From a virus (lineage: Duplodnaviria > Caudoviricetes), in IMG/VR virus record IMGVR_UViG_3300021387_000110, positions 3,130 to 67,129 of that record: a DNA stretch of 64,000 nucleotides. One strand, given 5' to 3'. Made by a program: the position numbers and the translations under genes. The notes under the pieces are model-generated. The model worked only from the letters and a program-made list of their open reading frames with translations. It was not told where the DNA came from and ran no database searches. Of this stretch, positions 8,931-17,679 are shown in pieces. Each line of letters begins with the position of its first letter. Position 1 is the stretch's first letter.

Positions 8931-9392
8931 TCAATCTGAAAAATCTACACCCTTTCCATCTAATGTAGGATAATCTTCTTCCTCTTCCTGTATAATAGCC
9001 ATACATACGGTGGTCCTTCTTATGCCCGGCCGCCTGCCTGGCCTGAAGCCGTAAACGTCTTTGTGCCAATCGCTGTAAAAGTCCCAACACCCAGGGTCAA
9101 TCTCGTTCCACTCTCGGCCTGCAATATGCTGGTCGTAATACGCACGGAGCTTAGGCTCATTGGTAGCACGATATTCCTCAGCCTCTTTCGCCTCATCAAT
9201 AAACCACGTAGGATGCTCCTTCAGCAGTAGGGCAAAAATCTGGTCAAAGGTCACCTCTGTACGGGAGAGCGCATTGGTCATATTGATTACCTCAACCATT
9301 CTCTCCTCGCTGAACTGGGCGCGGTTAATGCGATAACCCTTTTTCCAAAGCTCATAGCCAACTTCAATCTGGTACTTCTGTGTGTAGGTCAT
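8931..9392 (-). CDS. Hypothetical early protein
   Basis: 153 aa, AAGGA RBS, own promoter and terminator. Confidence 0.75.
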   Translation of the reverse strand: MTYTQKYQIEVGYELWKKGYRINRAQFSEERMVEVINMTNALSRTEVTFDQIFALLLKEHPTWFIDEAKEAEEYRATNEPKLRAYYDQHIAGREWNEIDPGCWDFYSDWHKDVYGFRPGRRPGIRRTTVCMAIIQEEEEDYPTLDGKGVDFSD

Positions 9393-9460
9393 AACGGTTC
9401 CTTTCTTATTTCACCCGGCATATTGTCCAGCGTGTCGGGCCGCTGTATTTCTATGATTAT

Positions 9461-9490
9461 AGTATAGCACTACCTTGCTATACTATGCAA
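9461..9490 (-). promoter_or_regulatory. sigmaA-type promoter
   Basis: TTGCAT-18-TATACT with TGn. Confidence 0.65.
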
Positions 9491-9545
9491 CAGGCTATTG
9501 AAAGTATTTTTATATGGTAAATACCTATATAACCGCAAAGAGAAA

Positions 9546-9567
9546 GGGCACGACTACTGCCGTGCCC
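9546..9567 (-). terminator. Intrinsic terminator
   Basis: GGGCACG/CGTGCCC stem followed by TTTCTCTTT on minus strand. Confidence 0.8.
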
Positions 9568-9588
9568 AATCTTTATTTGGGAGAGTGA

Positions 9589-10326
9589 TTACTCGGTAAT
9601 ATCTTCAAGCGGGTCGTCGGGCTTCTCTGCTTCGGCTTGCTTAGCCTTGGTAGACTTCTTCGAGGACTTCTTCTTAGAGGTAGACTTCTTCTTGGCAGCC
9701 CTCTCCTTAGCCTTCTCTGCCTTAGCCTGCTCTTTCTTCTTGGTAGCCTCTTTTGCCTTAGCCGCCTTCGCCTTCTCGGACTCAACTTTGGTGCTGGCAA
9801 GCACAGCACAGACTGCCTTGACCACATCAATGATTTCGGTGTAGGCGATGTTGAGGCGGGTAGACGTCTTAGCCCTCTTGTGCTCCTTGTCCCACTTAAC
9901 GGTGAAGTGCAGGTCATCCTCAAGAGCCTCAAATGCCTCTCTGTTCGGAAGAGCACAACTGGTACACAGGTTGAATGTAACAGTGCCCTTGCTGACAGAC
10001 GGACGAACGTAAATCTGAATGAGGGTAGCGTTGCGGTTAGCGACGGCTACATAACGGAGGTAGTCAACAAGCCACACGTCCTTAGCTTCGTCGCTGTGGT
10101 TATGATGGCCGGAACGCTCATAGTTGCAGTCCATAACCAGCGCATAGTCTTTGGTATTCAGAGCTTTTGCCAGCTCGTTATACACGAGGATAGCGAGCTT
10201 CTCACGGTCGGTCAGGCTCTCGGTGTCGACCTGCTCATTATTAACGATAAGAGCGAGGTCTTCTGCGGTAACGTCGGATACGCGGTTTACGAGTTCTTCC
10301 ATAGTTTTGATAGTCTTGTTTGCCAT
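9589..10326 (-). CDS. Uncharacterised early protein, paralog B, with Lys/Ala-rich tail
   Basis: GAAAGGAT RBS before ATG 10326; core similar to 7075-7611; C-terminal KAKAAKAKEATKKK...KKSSKKSTK. Confidence 0.8.
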   Translation of the reverse strand: MANKTIKTMEELVNRVSDVTAEDLALIVNNEQVDTESLTDREKLAILVYNELAKALNTKDYALVMDCNYERSGHHNHSDEAKDVWLVDYLRYVAVANRNATLIQIYVRPSVSKGTVTFNLCTSCALPNREAFEALEDDLHFTVKWDKEHKRAKTSTRLNIAYTEIIDVVKAVCAVLASTKVESEKAKAAKAKEATKKKEQAKAEKAKERAAKKKSTSKKKSSKKSTKAKQAEAEKPDDPLEDITE

Positions 10327-10422
10327 AATTAACATCCTTTCTGAATTGTGCCCTGTGGGCAAGTTTTTGTCATTAGTCTGTAATGCCTGAGGGAGATGGC
10401 GCTCTCTCTTGATTACAATAAT

Positions 10423-10451
10423 ATTATACTACATATTTTCGGCGTTTGCAA
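10423..10451 (-). promoter_or_regulatory. sigmaA-type promoter, AAATATGTAGTATAATATT family
   Basis: TTGCAA-17-TATAAT. Confidence 0.85.
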
Positions 10452-10602
10452 CAGGCAAATCAAACTTTTTTGAAAAAATTTTTGACCTTGCGAACTCTTA
10501 TTTCCTGGGTTAAAAAACTGTGATACGGTATGCGAATTACCCATACCCATCATATTATTTTAGGCACATTCCTGCTCTATAATATGTGGGTAGAGGGAGC
10601 GA

Positions 10603-10932
10603 TTAAGCTCCCTCTTTATATTTTCCAAAGTTGCCGTTCTCAATACTCTCTTTTACCCTGATTTTTAGGTACCGTACATTTCCCCACGGGTCAGTAAACG
10701 TATACCTAATATAGCGATTTGTAACACGGTCAATAACTAAGGGCTCATTGATGATTTTCCTCAGTCTTTTATCCAACTCCTCAAAGTCGGCACTATCTTC
10801 CACAGCGTCAAAGATGTCCTCTACAAACATTCTGGGATGCAGGTCAAGATTTGCCAACGAGTACGGAGTACGGTTCTTATCATACAGGGAAATATTATCT
10901 TTGGTCATATAAGCTACTCTCCCATTCTGCAA
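10603..10932 (-). CDS. Hypothetical protein
   Basis: ORF in coupled small-gene array. Confidence 0.6.
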   Translation of the reverse strand: MQNGRVAYMTKDNISLYDKNRTPYSLANLDLHPRMFVEDIFDAVEDSADFEELDKRLRKIINEPLVIDRVTNRYIRYTFTDPWGNVRYLKIRVKESIENGNFGKYKEGA

Positions 10933-11215
10933 TTCTCTGGTCTAACAACATAACATAGGCAAACTTAATCTCGGGAGCATACTGAGCGTGTCCCTTGAAC
11001 AGTCGCACGTTACTATATTTGGTCAACTGTGTTTTCAGCTCTTCGGACATTGGCTTTTCGAGCTTAAACACCGTACCATAATACTTTTCGCCATTTCGCT
11101 GAATATGGGAACGGTAATAATCTACAAAACCATTGTTATGCTCTTCCAGCATATCGAATAACTCACGGTCGTGAAGTTTAGGACCCAGTTTATGTCCATC
11201 AACATATCTTGCCAT
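10895..11215 (-). CDS. Hypothetical protein
   Basis: GAGGTGTAGG RBS; coupled array. Confidence 0.7.
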   Translation of the reverse strand: MARYVDGHKLGPKLHDRELFDMLEEHNNGFVDYYRSHIQRNGEKYYGTVFKLEKPMSEELKTQLTKYSNVRLFKGHAQYAPEIKFAYVMLLDQRIAEWESSLYDQR

Positions 11216-11224
11216 ACCTACACC

Positions 11225-11413
11225 TCACATAATCAGGTCAAAGAGATAGTCCATCTCTAACCCAAGCTCGTCTGCGAGAATATCCTCAGCCTTATTATAA
11301 CTACCAGTAGTAACGGCGTCCTCTAACAGCTCTTGGACTTCCTCAACCCGGCTCTCTGCTTCTTCACGGGTCATATCATCCCGTTCCATCAGTATCTTAA
11401 CTACACGGTTCAT
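11225..11413 (-). CDS. Small acidic phage protein
   Basis: ILMERDDMTREEA...LGLEMDYLFD pattern recalled from Firmicute phages; TAATG coupling. Confidence 0.75.
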   Translation of the reverse strand: MNRVVKILMERDDMTREEAESRVEEVQELLEDAVTTGSYNKAEDILADELGLEMDYLFDLIM

Positions 11414-11661
11414 TAGGATTCCCCTTTCAGTTTTTTTTGCAGGTCATCAAACGTGCCGTGAAACACAGTGTCCCCGTAAGACGAACTGCCGTCGGACATC
11501 TGAATGTCCACAATCAGTCTATCGTTGCGGTCATAGAACATCCTCGTAATAACGCTGCCGCTGTAACTCTGTGCAGAAACGTGGATTTCGCTGTGTCCTC
11601 TTCTCGAGGCAGATGTATTAGAAGCCCCGAATACTTGTCCATAAAACTTACTCATAACCAT
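11413..11661 (-). CDS. Hypothetical phage protein
   Basis: AAGGAG RBS, first gene after promoter 11717. Confidence 0.75.
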   Translation of the reverse strand: MVMSKFYGQVFGASNTSASRRGHSEIHVSAQSYSGSVITRMFYDRNDRLIVDIQMSDGSSSYGDTVFHGTFDDLQKKLKGES

Positions 11662-11716
11662 TCTCCTTTCAAAATTTACTCTGTATTGAACGGGTTATGT
11701 CGTTCTTTACAATAAT

Positions 11717-11745
11717 ATTATACTACATATTTAGTACCTATGCAA
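11717..11745 (-). promoter_or_regulatory. sigmaA-type promoter, same family
   Basis: TTGCAT-17-TATAAT, spacer ends AAATATGTAG. Confidence 0.85.
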
Positions 11746-11800
11746 CAGGCTGTACGAAACTTTTTATATGGTATTCTCCTAAAAAAAATAAAGCCTGAGA

Positions 11801-12178
11801 TTAGGTTCTCAGGCATTCATCCAGATAATAGCGTACACCGTGTATCAGCACATAGGCTCTCGGCTCCTTGGTCTTTTTCGGCACCGTATATGATACCTTT
11901 AAATTATGATAACGACGGCGCCCGTGCCAAGCGTTAGATATGCACCGAACATATGTCTCCCCATCCTGCTCGTGGATGTCTTTCACCTCAATGCCGCCTC
12001 CGGCTGACCAGTATGCTATTGTAGGCATATTGTCAATAGCAGCCTTTGCCTCTTTTGTCATAGCTTTGTGCCTCCATTCTGATTTTGTTTGCCTACCTTT
12101 ACAAGGCTCAGTACGAGTGGTACTTCCACACGCTGAAAAATATCTACATCCTATACAAGGCCTCTCTGGCATAATCAA
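11801..12178 (-). CDS. Hypothetical protein (N-terminal CxxCxxxxxC)
   Basis: ORF with RBS; may contain internal start. Confidence 0.6.
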   Translation of the reverse strand: MIMPERPCIGCRYFSACGSTTRTEPCKGRQTKSEWRHKAMTKEAKAAIDNMPTIAYWSAGGGIEVKDIHEQDGETYVRCISNAWHGRRRYHNLKVSYTVPKKTKEPRAYVLIHGVRYYLDECLRT

Positions 12179-12215
12179 ATGGGCGAGAGATATACCCTCG
12201 CCCTATTCACCTCTC

Positions 12216-12803
12216 TTACAGCAGTTTTTCAATAGCCTTGATGGTTTCCTTCAGAACCTTGATACGAAGCTCGTCATCTTCGGTCAGCTCGTCCTTGTTG
12301 ATGTAGCCGTACTCGTCTTCCATAACGGGTAAGCCGTCATCATCGAATACGGGTTCATTGGTACGCCAGTTGACCTTCTGCTTGGCGTCCTTCTTGATGA
12401 CACCCCAATACTGCTTGGTATCCTTAATCTTCTCTTCGAGGCTATCATAGACTTCCTGTAAAACCTCTGCTCTAATCTTTGCCTCTTTGAATTTCGTGTT
12501 TGCCATTCTTATCTTCCTTTCTTGTCGTTTTTTGTGGATTTTGTCTGTAAAGCTCTTGAACTTTACAAGTATATTATAGCGTACCTTTGTACGTTTTGCA
12601 ACAGGCTTTCTGTGATTTTTTGAACTTTTTTGTGCGGGTTGCTGTATCACAGTTTTGCTCACCCGGACAGGTACTTCAACGTATATAGGGTACTTCTCTG
12701 TATAAGTGTGCGTGGTGGTAACGGTTGTGTGATGAACGTGTTTCTGTGGTCTGATTTTTCCTGAGGCTAATGCTCTTTTCATAGTAGTGTCCTCCCTTGG
12801 CAT
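12216..12803 (-). CDS. Hypothetical basic protein
   Basis: ORF after promoter 12853; RBS before MKRALAS and second RBS before MANTKF. Confidence 0.6.
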   Translation of the reverse strand: MPREDTTMKRALASGKIRPQKHVHHTTVTTTHTYTEKYPIYVEVPVRVSKTVIQQPAQKSSKNHRKPVAKRTKVRYNILVKFKSFTDKIHKKRQERKIRMANTKFKEAKIRAEVLQEVYDSLEEKIKDTKQYWGVIKKDAKQKVNWRTNEPVFDDDGLPVMEDEYGYINKDELTEDDELRIKVLKETIKAIEKLL

Positions 12804-12852
12804 TTTGATGTCTGTTTTCCGTAAAGCTGTTCTGTTTTTGCTTTACAAGAAT

Positions 12853-12881
12853 ATTATATAACATATTTAATGCCATTTCAA
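12853..12881 (-). promoter_or_regulatory. sigmaA-type promoter, same family
   Basis: TTGAAA-17-TATAAT, AAATATGTTATATAATATT. Confidence 0.8.
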
Positions 12882-12910
12882 CGGGAGTTACAAAACTGTA
12901 AAAGTGATTA

Positions 12911-13858
12911 CTACATAGAAATCTTCCCAAACTTTTTCTCGATTGCCGATATGTCCCCTTTGTAGAATACCAGGATATTCTGATGATGGCGACCTATCTT
13001 CCTTGACCTATCAAAATTCTTTGGTGCTCTTATAGGTAAACTCCCAATAGCGTTCTCAAGGATAATCTCATTGTAGTAGTGCAATTCGCAGTGGTCACGA
13101 ATTATCTGAATAGTATCAGGTACAAATCCTCTGTAATAGCTCTTGTCCATCTCGCTCACACTCGCCCGAATTTCTGATACCACAATGACAAAAAAGGAAT
13201 TTGGCTCTAATTTCTGGGCACTCTTATACAGAATGGATGAATATTTATGCAGGAAGTCCTCATAAGTGGGTAAATTACTGAGGTCATTAGGATAGCCAGT
13301 GTATTTTTCAAGATTATAATAAGGAGGACAAGTAAATACCATATTAAACGTACTGACTAACCGGTCTAACTCTACCTCACTATCATCACAACACCAATCG
13401 GCATTACCCTGTATACCTGTGTATTTGATACGAACATTCGCAAATTGGGACACATTCATTTCTGTTTGTACTCCTGACAAATCTATGCCAAAATAATGTC
13501 TACCCAACACAGCGGCTACGGTACCTCTCACGCAGCCGCCAGCAAACGGGTCAAGCACTCTATCACCAGGTCTACTAAACCACTTATACATAAGCTCACA
13601 GAGAAACGGGTCAAACTCACTCACGGATTCAGCCTCTTTGGCGTCTGCACCCCTCGCACTAAACGTATTGGTAGGGGTAGCATTGAAACGCTTTACATCA
13701 CGACCCTTTGTAGAGTCCCTATAAAGGTTCTCCCACTCGTCTTTTCTTCTCTGCCAGTCCCACGATATGGTATTTAATATCGAAAACGGTGGCCAACCGA
13801 ATTTAGCGTGAAGTAAACTACTCGGCACTCTTTGTGGCCCTACATCAAATAAAGGCAT
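12911..13858 (-). CDS. Amino (N6-A/N4-C) DNA methyltransferase-like protein
   Basis: SAM-binding VLDPFAGG and catalytic-like TCPPY motif; FDPFLCELMYKWF pattern of a phage MTase family. Confidence 0.85.
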   Translation of the reverse strand: MPLFDVGPQRVPSSLLHAKFGWPPFSILNTISWDWQRRKDEWENLYRDSTKGRDVKRFNATPTNTFSARGADAKEAESVSEFDPFLCELMYKWFSRPGDRVLDPFAGGCVRGTVAAVLGRHYFGIDLSGVQTEMNVSQFANVRIKYTGIQGNADWCCDDSEVELDRLVSTFNMVFTCPPYYNLEKYTGYPNDLSNLPTYEDFLHKYSSILYKSAQKLEPNSFFVIVVSEIRASVSEMDKSYYRGFVPDTIQIIRDHCELHYYNEIILENAIGSLPIRAPKNFDRSRKIGRHHQNILVFYKGDISAIEKKFGKISM

Positions 13859-14952
13859 TAGCCGTACGCCCTCCTTAATAACTTCTTATTGACCAGCTTC
13901 TCGTATGCCTTAGATTTCTCTATGGGATAGAACATATAATTATCCCAAATCTCTTGCAAACTTTCACCAGGTGCGCCGGTCTCTTTGATAATGGTTCTCT
14001 CCAATATCTCAAAACAATGGATGTAATAGTCCTCATTGTATTCTACTTTACCTGTGTCAGCGAGCCACATCCACTCCATACAGCACTTCCAACAACAGCC
14101 GCACCTATCAGGAAAAACTCTCACATTGTATTTTTCCTCAGTGCGATGTTTCCAATGTGCCCTAAATCTGAATGGACTCATACACGATACGGACATACCG
14201 AAAAGCTCCCAATCTTCTTTCAGCAGGTCAAAAGTATCTGCATTAGATTTAAGAGGTATTTCTATATCGAACTCAGGTAACACGGACTGTATGATTTTAC
14301 GATATGCGTCCCACATTTCTATACAGTCACCAGCACACACCTCAAACTCATTCATATCCAATGTGGACTGACTGAAATTGCCAAACGCTATAACAGGCGT
14401 ATAACCGTTATACAGACAGTAATGAATAGCCCCATTGGCAATAATATAATTTTTAAGCGGATGCTCAATAAAATCGTGTTTGCCTTCCAGCTTGATATTA
14501 TCTATATGAAGGTCACAGCCCAGATATTTCGCTATCTTCGCTGCCGCCTTCTTCTCGTCCCCGTATGCTTTATTAACGCCGGCCGCGTGGTATAGATGTA
14601 CTTTATAACCTTTCTTGATATAGTAATAGGCACAGGCTGCACTATCTTTACCGCCCGACAGGCAGACAGTAATCTCTTTGGGACGAGAAGTAACAGGAGT
14701 TATAGGCGGCAGGTTCAGAGGCTTCTCAACAGGTGGATTAAAGCTGACAAGGTGCTCCTGTAAAATTCTGCATAGCGGTGCAAATGATGTATCAACCCAG
14801 ATAACATCATCAAACATCCTGTCCGAATCTGAGATATACGCATATAACCCCTCCAGGATATTGAATACCCTACTCTTGTTCTTGTAAACGTGAAGAACCC
14901 TCTGCACCGATTTTCGCCATCCCTTCCAAAGCACTCTCAAGGCGATTAACAA
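13858..14952 (-). CDS. QueC-like PP-loop ATP pyrophosphatase with N-terminal extension
   Basis: LSGGKDS PP-loop; SC...CGCCWKC zinc motif; true start may be GTG 14907. Confidence 0.75.
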   Translation of the reverse strand: MLIALRVLWKGWRKSVQRVLHVYKNKSRVFNILEGLYAYISDSDRMFDDVIWVDTSFAPLCRILQEHLVSFNPPVEKPLNLPPITPVTSRPKEITVCLSGGKDSAACAYYYIKKGYKVHLYHAAGVNKAYGDEKKAAAKIAKYLGCDLHIDNIKLEGKHDFIEHPLKNYIIANGAIHYCLYNGYTPVIAFGNFSQSTLDMNEFEVCAGDCIEMWDAYRKIIQSVLPEFDIEIPLKSNADTFDLLKEDWELFGMSVSCMSPFRFRAHWKHRTEEKYNVRVFPDRCGCCWKCCMEWMWLADTGKVEYNEDYYIHCFEILERTIIKETGAPGESLQEIWDNYMFYPIEKSKAYEKLVNKKLLRRAYG

Positions 14953-15130
14953 ATCCCTTTTCCGCTTCTAAACTTAACCGCTCTGCCGCAGTCACCAGCC
15001 TGTATCGTAAACAACCCGAACAGTTCATATTCTTACCGTCAACACAATCAATGCAGGAAATTTGTGTAGGGCAGGTCTGCGGGTGTTCATCTTTGAAAAA
15101 ACCATCAAGTCTCGGAACATTTGCTTTCAT
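14870..15130 (-). CDS. Hypothetical Cys-rich protein
   Basis: CPxxxxCxxC...CxxC; overlapping array. Confidence 0.55.
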   Translation of the reverse strand: MKANVPRLDGFFKDEHPQTCPTQISCIDCVDGKNMNCSGCLRYRLVTAAERLSLEAEKGFVNRLESALEGMAKIGAEGSSRLQEQE

Positions 15131-15293
15131 TGGTACTCACCTCGAATAATCTTTTACTGGAAGAGGTATGAGATTTCTCCCAACAAATCTTTCCCATACC
15201 TCTCTGCTTCGCCTCTTCGGTCTTTAATCTACGGCCGCAACGTCGGCACAAAACTATCTCCGTCTGTTCCCGAACTGTATCTGAGTTACCCAT
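15105..15293 (-). CDS. DUF6011-like zinc-ribbon protein
   Basis: CRRCGRRLK...RGMGKIC. Confidence 0.7.
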   Translation of the reverse strand: MGNSDTVREQTEIVLCRRCGRRLKTEEAKQRGMGKICWEKSHTSSSKRLFEVSTNESKCSET

Positions 15294-15565
15294 CGTTCAT
15301 CCTCCTTTTCTTGCTTAATGGACAAACGCTCAAAGGCTTTGTCAAACTCATTGTGGCAACGTCTATAACCGTCTTTATAGCCCTGCACATAATCCTGGGT
15401 CATTTGACACGACTGCGGTGAACACTTATACACGGTAATCAAGTCAATGACTTCTTTTATAGGCAAACCCATAAACTCGGTAATCTCATTAGGTGCCGCA
15501 GAACAATGACGGCAGACGTGAGAGCCTTCGGGGATGTAGGTCCCACAGCACACACACTGGCTCAT
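15254..15565 (-). CDS. Hypothetical protein with N-terminal Zn knuckle
   Basis: CVCCG...VCRHC; ATGA overlap. Confidence 0.65.
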   Translation of the reverse strand: MSQCVCCGTYIPEGSHVCRHCSAAPNEITEFMGLPIKEVIDLITVYKCSPQSCQMTQDYVQGYKDGYRRCHNEFDKAFERLSIKQEKEDERWVTQIQFGNRRR

Positions 15566-15855
15566 TTCTTTGCCTCCTGTTTCAACAGGTTAATAAGACC
15601 ATCCATCTGCTGAATAATCTCGGACTGGGCGTCGGACAACTCTGAACCCATACTCTCCACATAGCGGTCACGAATATCTTGAACCTGCTCCGGCATTTCT
15701 TTCCACGGTCTATAAGGCGTGAAAATAACCCCGTTGCTGTCTACATAAACCTCTAACGGGTCGCCTTCACGAATATTCATTGTCCTACGAATTTCTTTAG
15801 GAATAACGACCCTACCGAGGTCGTCAATCCTGCGTACAATTCCTGTTGCTTTCAT
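15562..15855 (-). CDS. AbrB/SpoVT-family DNA-binding protein
   Basis: MKATGIVRRIDDLGRVVIPKEIRRTMNIREGDPLE nearly identical to SpoVT N-terminal domain. Confidence 0.9.
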   Translation of the reverse strand: MKATGIVRRIDDLGRVVIPKEIRRTMNIREGDPLEVYVDSNGVIFTPYRPWKEMPEQVQDIRDRYVESMGSELSDAQSEIIQQMDGLINLLKQEAKK

Positions 15856-15868
15856 AATAAATCTCCTT

Positions 15869-16840
15869 TCACCAAATATTGGTCAAAACATAGGCGACGG
15901 CTATTCTATCCTCGATTTCGCCCGTCTTAATTCCTTTTTCAGCAGCCCTAACCTGCTTCATAATATGCACCAGCTCCCCGTTTGAAAAGTGGCCCTTGCG
16001 CCCATTTGCAAGTTTCACCTGAAACGGTGTCAAGCCTGTTGCCTCTGTGATTTTGCCACTTCCTGTGTATGACTGAACCTGTAACAATGCTTTTGCCCCG
16101 AAGTACAGGTTTGCCAACAGCACAAGCGTTGCCTCGCCGCAGGCATAACTCTCCTGTAACAGCTCAAAGGACTTTCTTGGCTGGTCTTTCAACACAGCGT
16201 CCACAAAATCAAACACGGCGTCTTTCGGAGGTATATAAATCACTCTCTGGTCAACAAGCTCTGTAAAGGCCTTATCATCAGCAATAGACTTGGCTTTGGC
16301 ATATCGCTTCACCTTATCTACCTCTAACAAGATACGGCTATAATCATTCTCGCACAGCTCTACCAGACGTCGGCAGTTACGCTCGCTCAAATCAGCCTGT
16401 CGCTGAATATACTTGACAAGGACATCATCTGCCAAATAGTCAAACTCTACTATCTGGTCTTTGAATTTCTTGTACATCCGAGAACGCTTGTCGATTGCAG
16501 TATAAACAAAGATTATAATACAGTCATAAAACGTGTTATTTTGCGTTATACGCTCTTGTAATTCGTCATTAGATAAAAAGTCTTTACAGTCACGCAAAAC
16601 GTAAACAGAGCGATTTTGGAGAACTGACCTTTGCTTCATTCTGGACGCCAAATTTGTGATACTATCCAGATTTTTTATATCCCCGCCATAGGTGCTTGCG
16701 ATTTTCCCTATATATAACCTCATCACTTCTGCCTCGGGTCCGGTGAAGATATAAAAACTGTTGAACTCCTTAGCCTTAATATGAGATTTAATGGTTGTTA
16801 ATGTCATAGCATCCATTCCTTTCTCACATCTAACAGCCAC
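15869..16840 (-). CDS. holA: Clamp loader delta-like subunit
   Basis: 323 aa; FYIFTGPE start, KDAVFDFVDAVL, C-terminal IKTGEI pattern; third gene of dnaX cluster. Confidence 0.75.
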   Translation of the reverse strand: MAVRCEKGMDAMTLTTIKSHIKAKEFNSFYIFTGPEAEVMRLYIGKIASTYGGDIKNLDSITNLASRMKQRSVLQNRSVYVLRDCKDFLSNDELQERITQNNTFYDCIIIFVYTAIDKRSRMYKKFKDQIVEFDYLADDVLVKYIQRQADLSERNCRRLVELCENDYSRILLEVDKVKRYAKAKSIADDKAFTELVDQRVIYIPPKDAVFDFVDAVLKDQPRKSFELLQESYACGEATLVLLANLYFGAKALLQVQSYTGSGKITEATGLTPFQVKLANGRKGHFSNGELVHIMKQVRAAEKGIKTGEIEDRIAVAYVLTNIW

Positions 16841-17679
16841 ATATCAAAGGTACTTTGCTTATTGATACCTGTAATGCGGAGCTCTTGCAGATATTTGGTC
16901 GTGCATTTAATGCCCGCCGCATATCGTAACGGGTCGTCACGCAGTCTATCAGAACACACGGTCATAAATGCCTTCCAGAATAATCTGAGGTCATATTTAT
17001 CTTCATCGGTGTCCTTAAACTTGATACGCTGGGCAATCTTGAATGAGTTGGAACCTGATACAGAGGCTATATTATCTACTACCTTTATAACGTAGTCATA
17101 GAACTCCTGTACTCCCATTGATACCAGAGTATCTACTTCGCCGGGTGTTTCACACAGCACTTGAATGAGAATGTGGTCCTGTGTTGTCGCCCCACTATAT
17201 GTGCCGTCGTGATATTTAGTCTGGAAATACTCACCGATTTCTGTAGGTGCATACGGATTCATATACAGCACAGTACCACGACTACGAATAGTGGCAAGCG
17301 TACTGGTCAAATCAGAAAGGGTGAGTATAAAATAAGCCTGACGAGGAGGCTCCTCTGTCACCTTTAACAGGGCATTCTTCGCCGCGGGTGACATCTTATC
17401 AGCGTCCGCTATAATATACACCAGAGGCATAGCAAGACGGTACGCTTCTGTAATCATCGTCCGTATCTCGTCAACAGAGGTACCGATAAAAGCTGACCGC
17501 ATATTTAACTGCTTGGCAATATACTGGCTCATTAACTTTTTACCGCTGCCGGGCTGTCCTACGATGATAGAGAACCTTGGAAAACTGTTGTTCTCTACCA
17601 TCTCAGCTACGGACTTCTTAAAGTTAGTCTGTCCTATCATTGATAAACTCCTCACATAAAATGATAAGTGTTGCCTCAA
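16804..17679 (-). CDS. holB: Clamp loader delta'-like AAA+ subunit
   Basis: GQPGSGKK, ADADKMSPAAKNALLKVTEEPP, TIRSRG. Confidence 0.85.
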   Translation of the reverse strand: MRQHLSFYVRSLSMIGQTNFKKSVAEMVENNSFPRFSIIVGQPGSGKKLMSQYIAKQLNMRSAFIGTSVDEIRTMITEAYRLAMPLVYIIADADKMSPAAKNALLKVTEEPPRQAYFILTLSDLTSTLATIRSRGTVLYMNPYAPTEIGEYFQTKYHDGTYSGATTQDHILIQVLCETPGEVDTLVSMGVQEFYDYVIKVVDNIASVSGSNSFKIAQRIKFKDTDEDKYDLRLFWKAFMTVCSDRLRDDPLRYAAGIKCTTKYLQELRITGINKQSTFDMWLLDVRKEWML

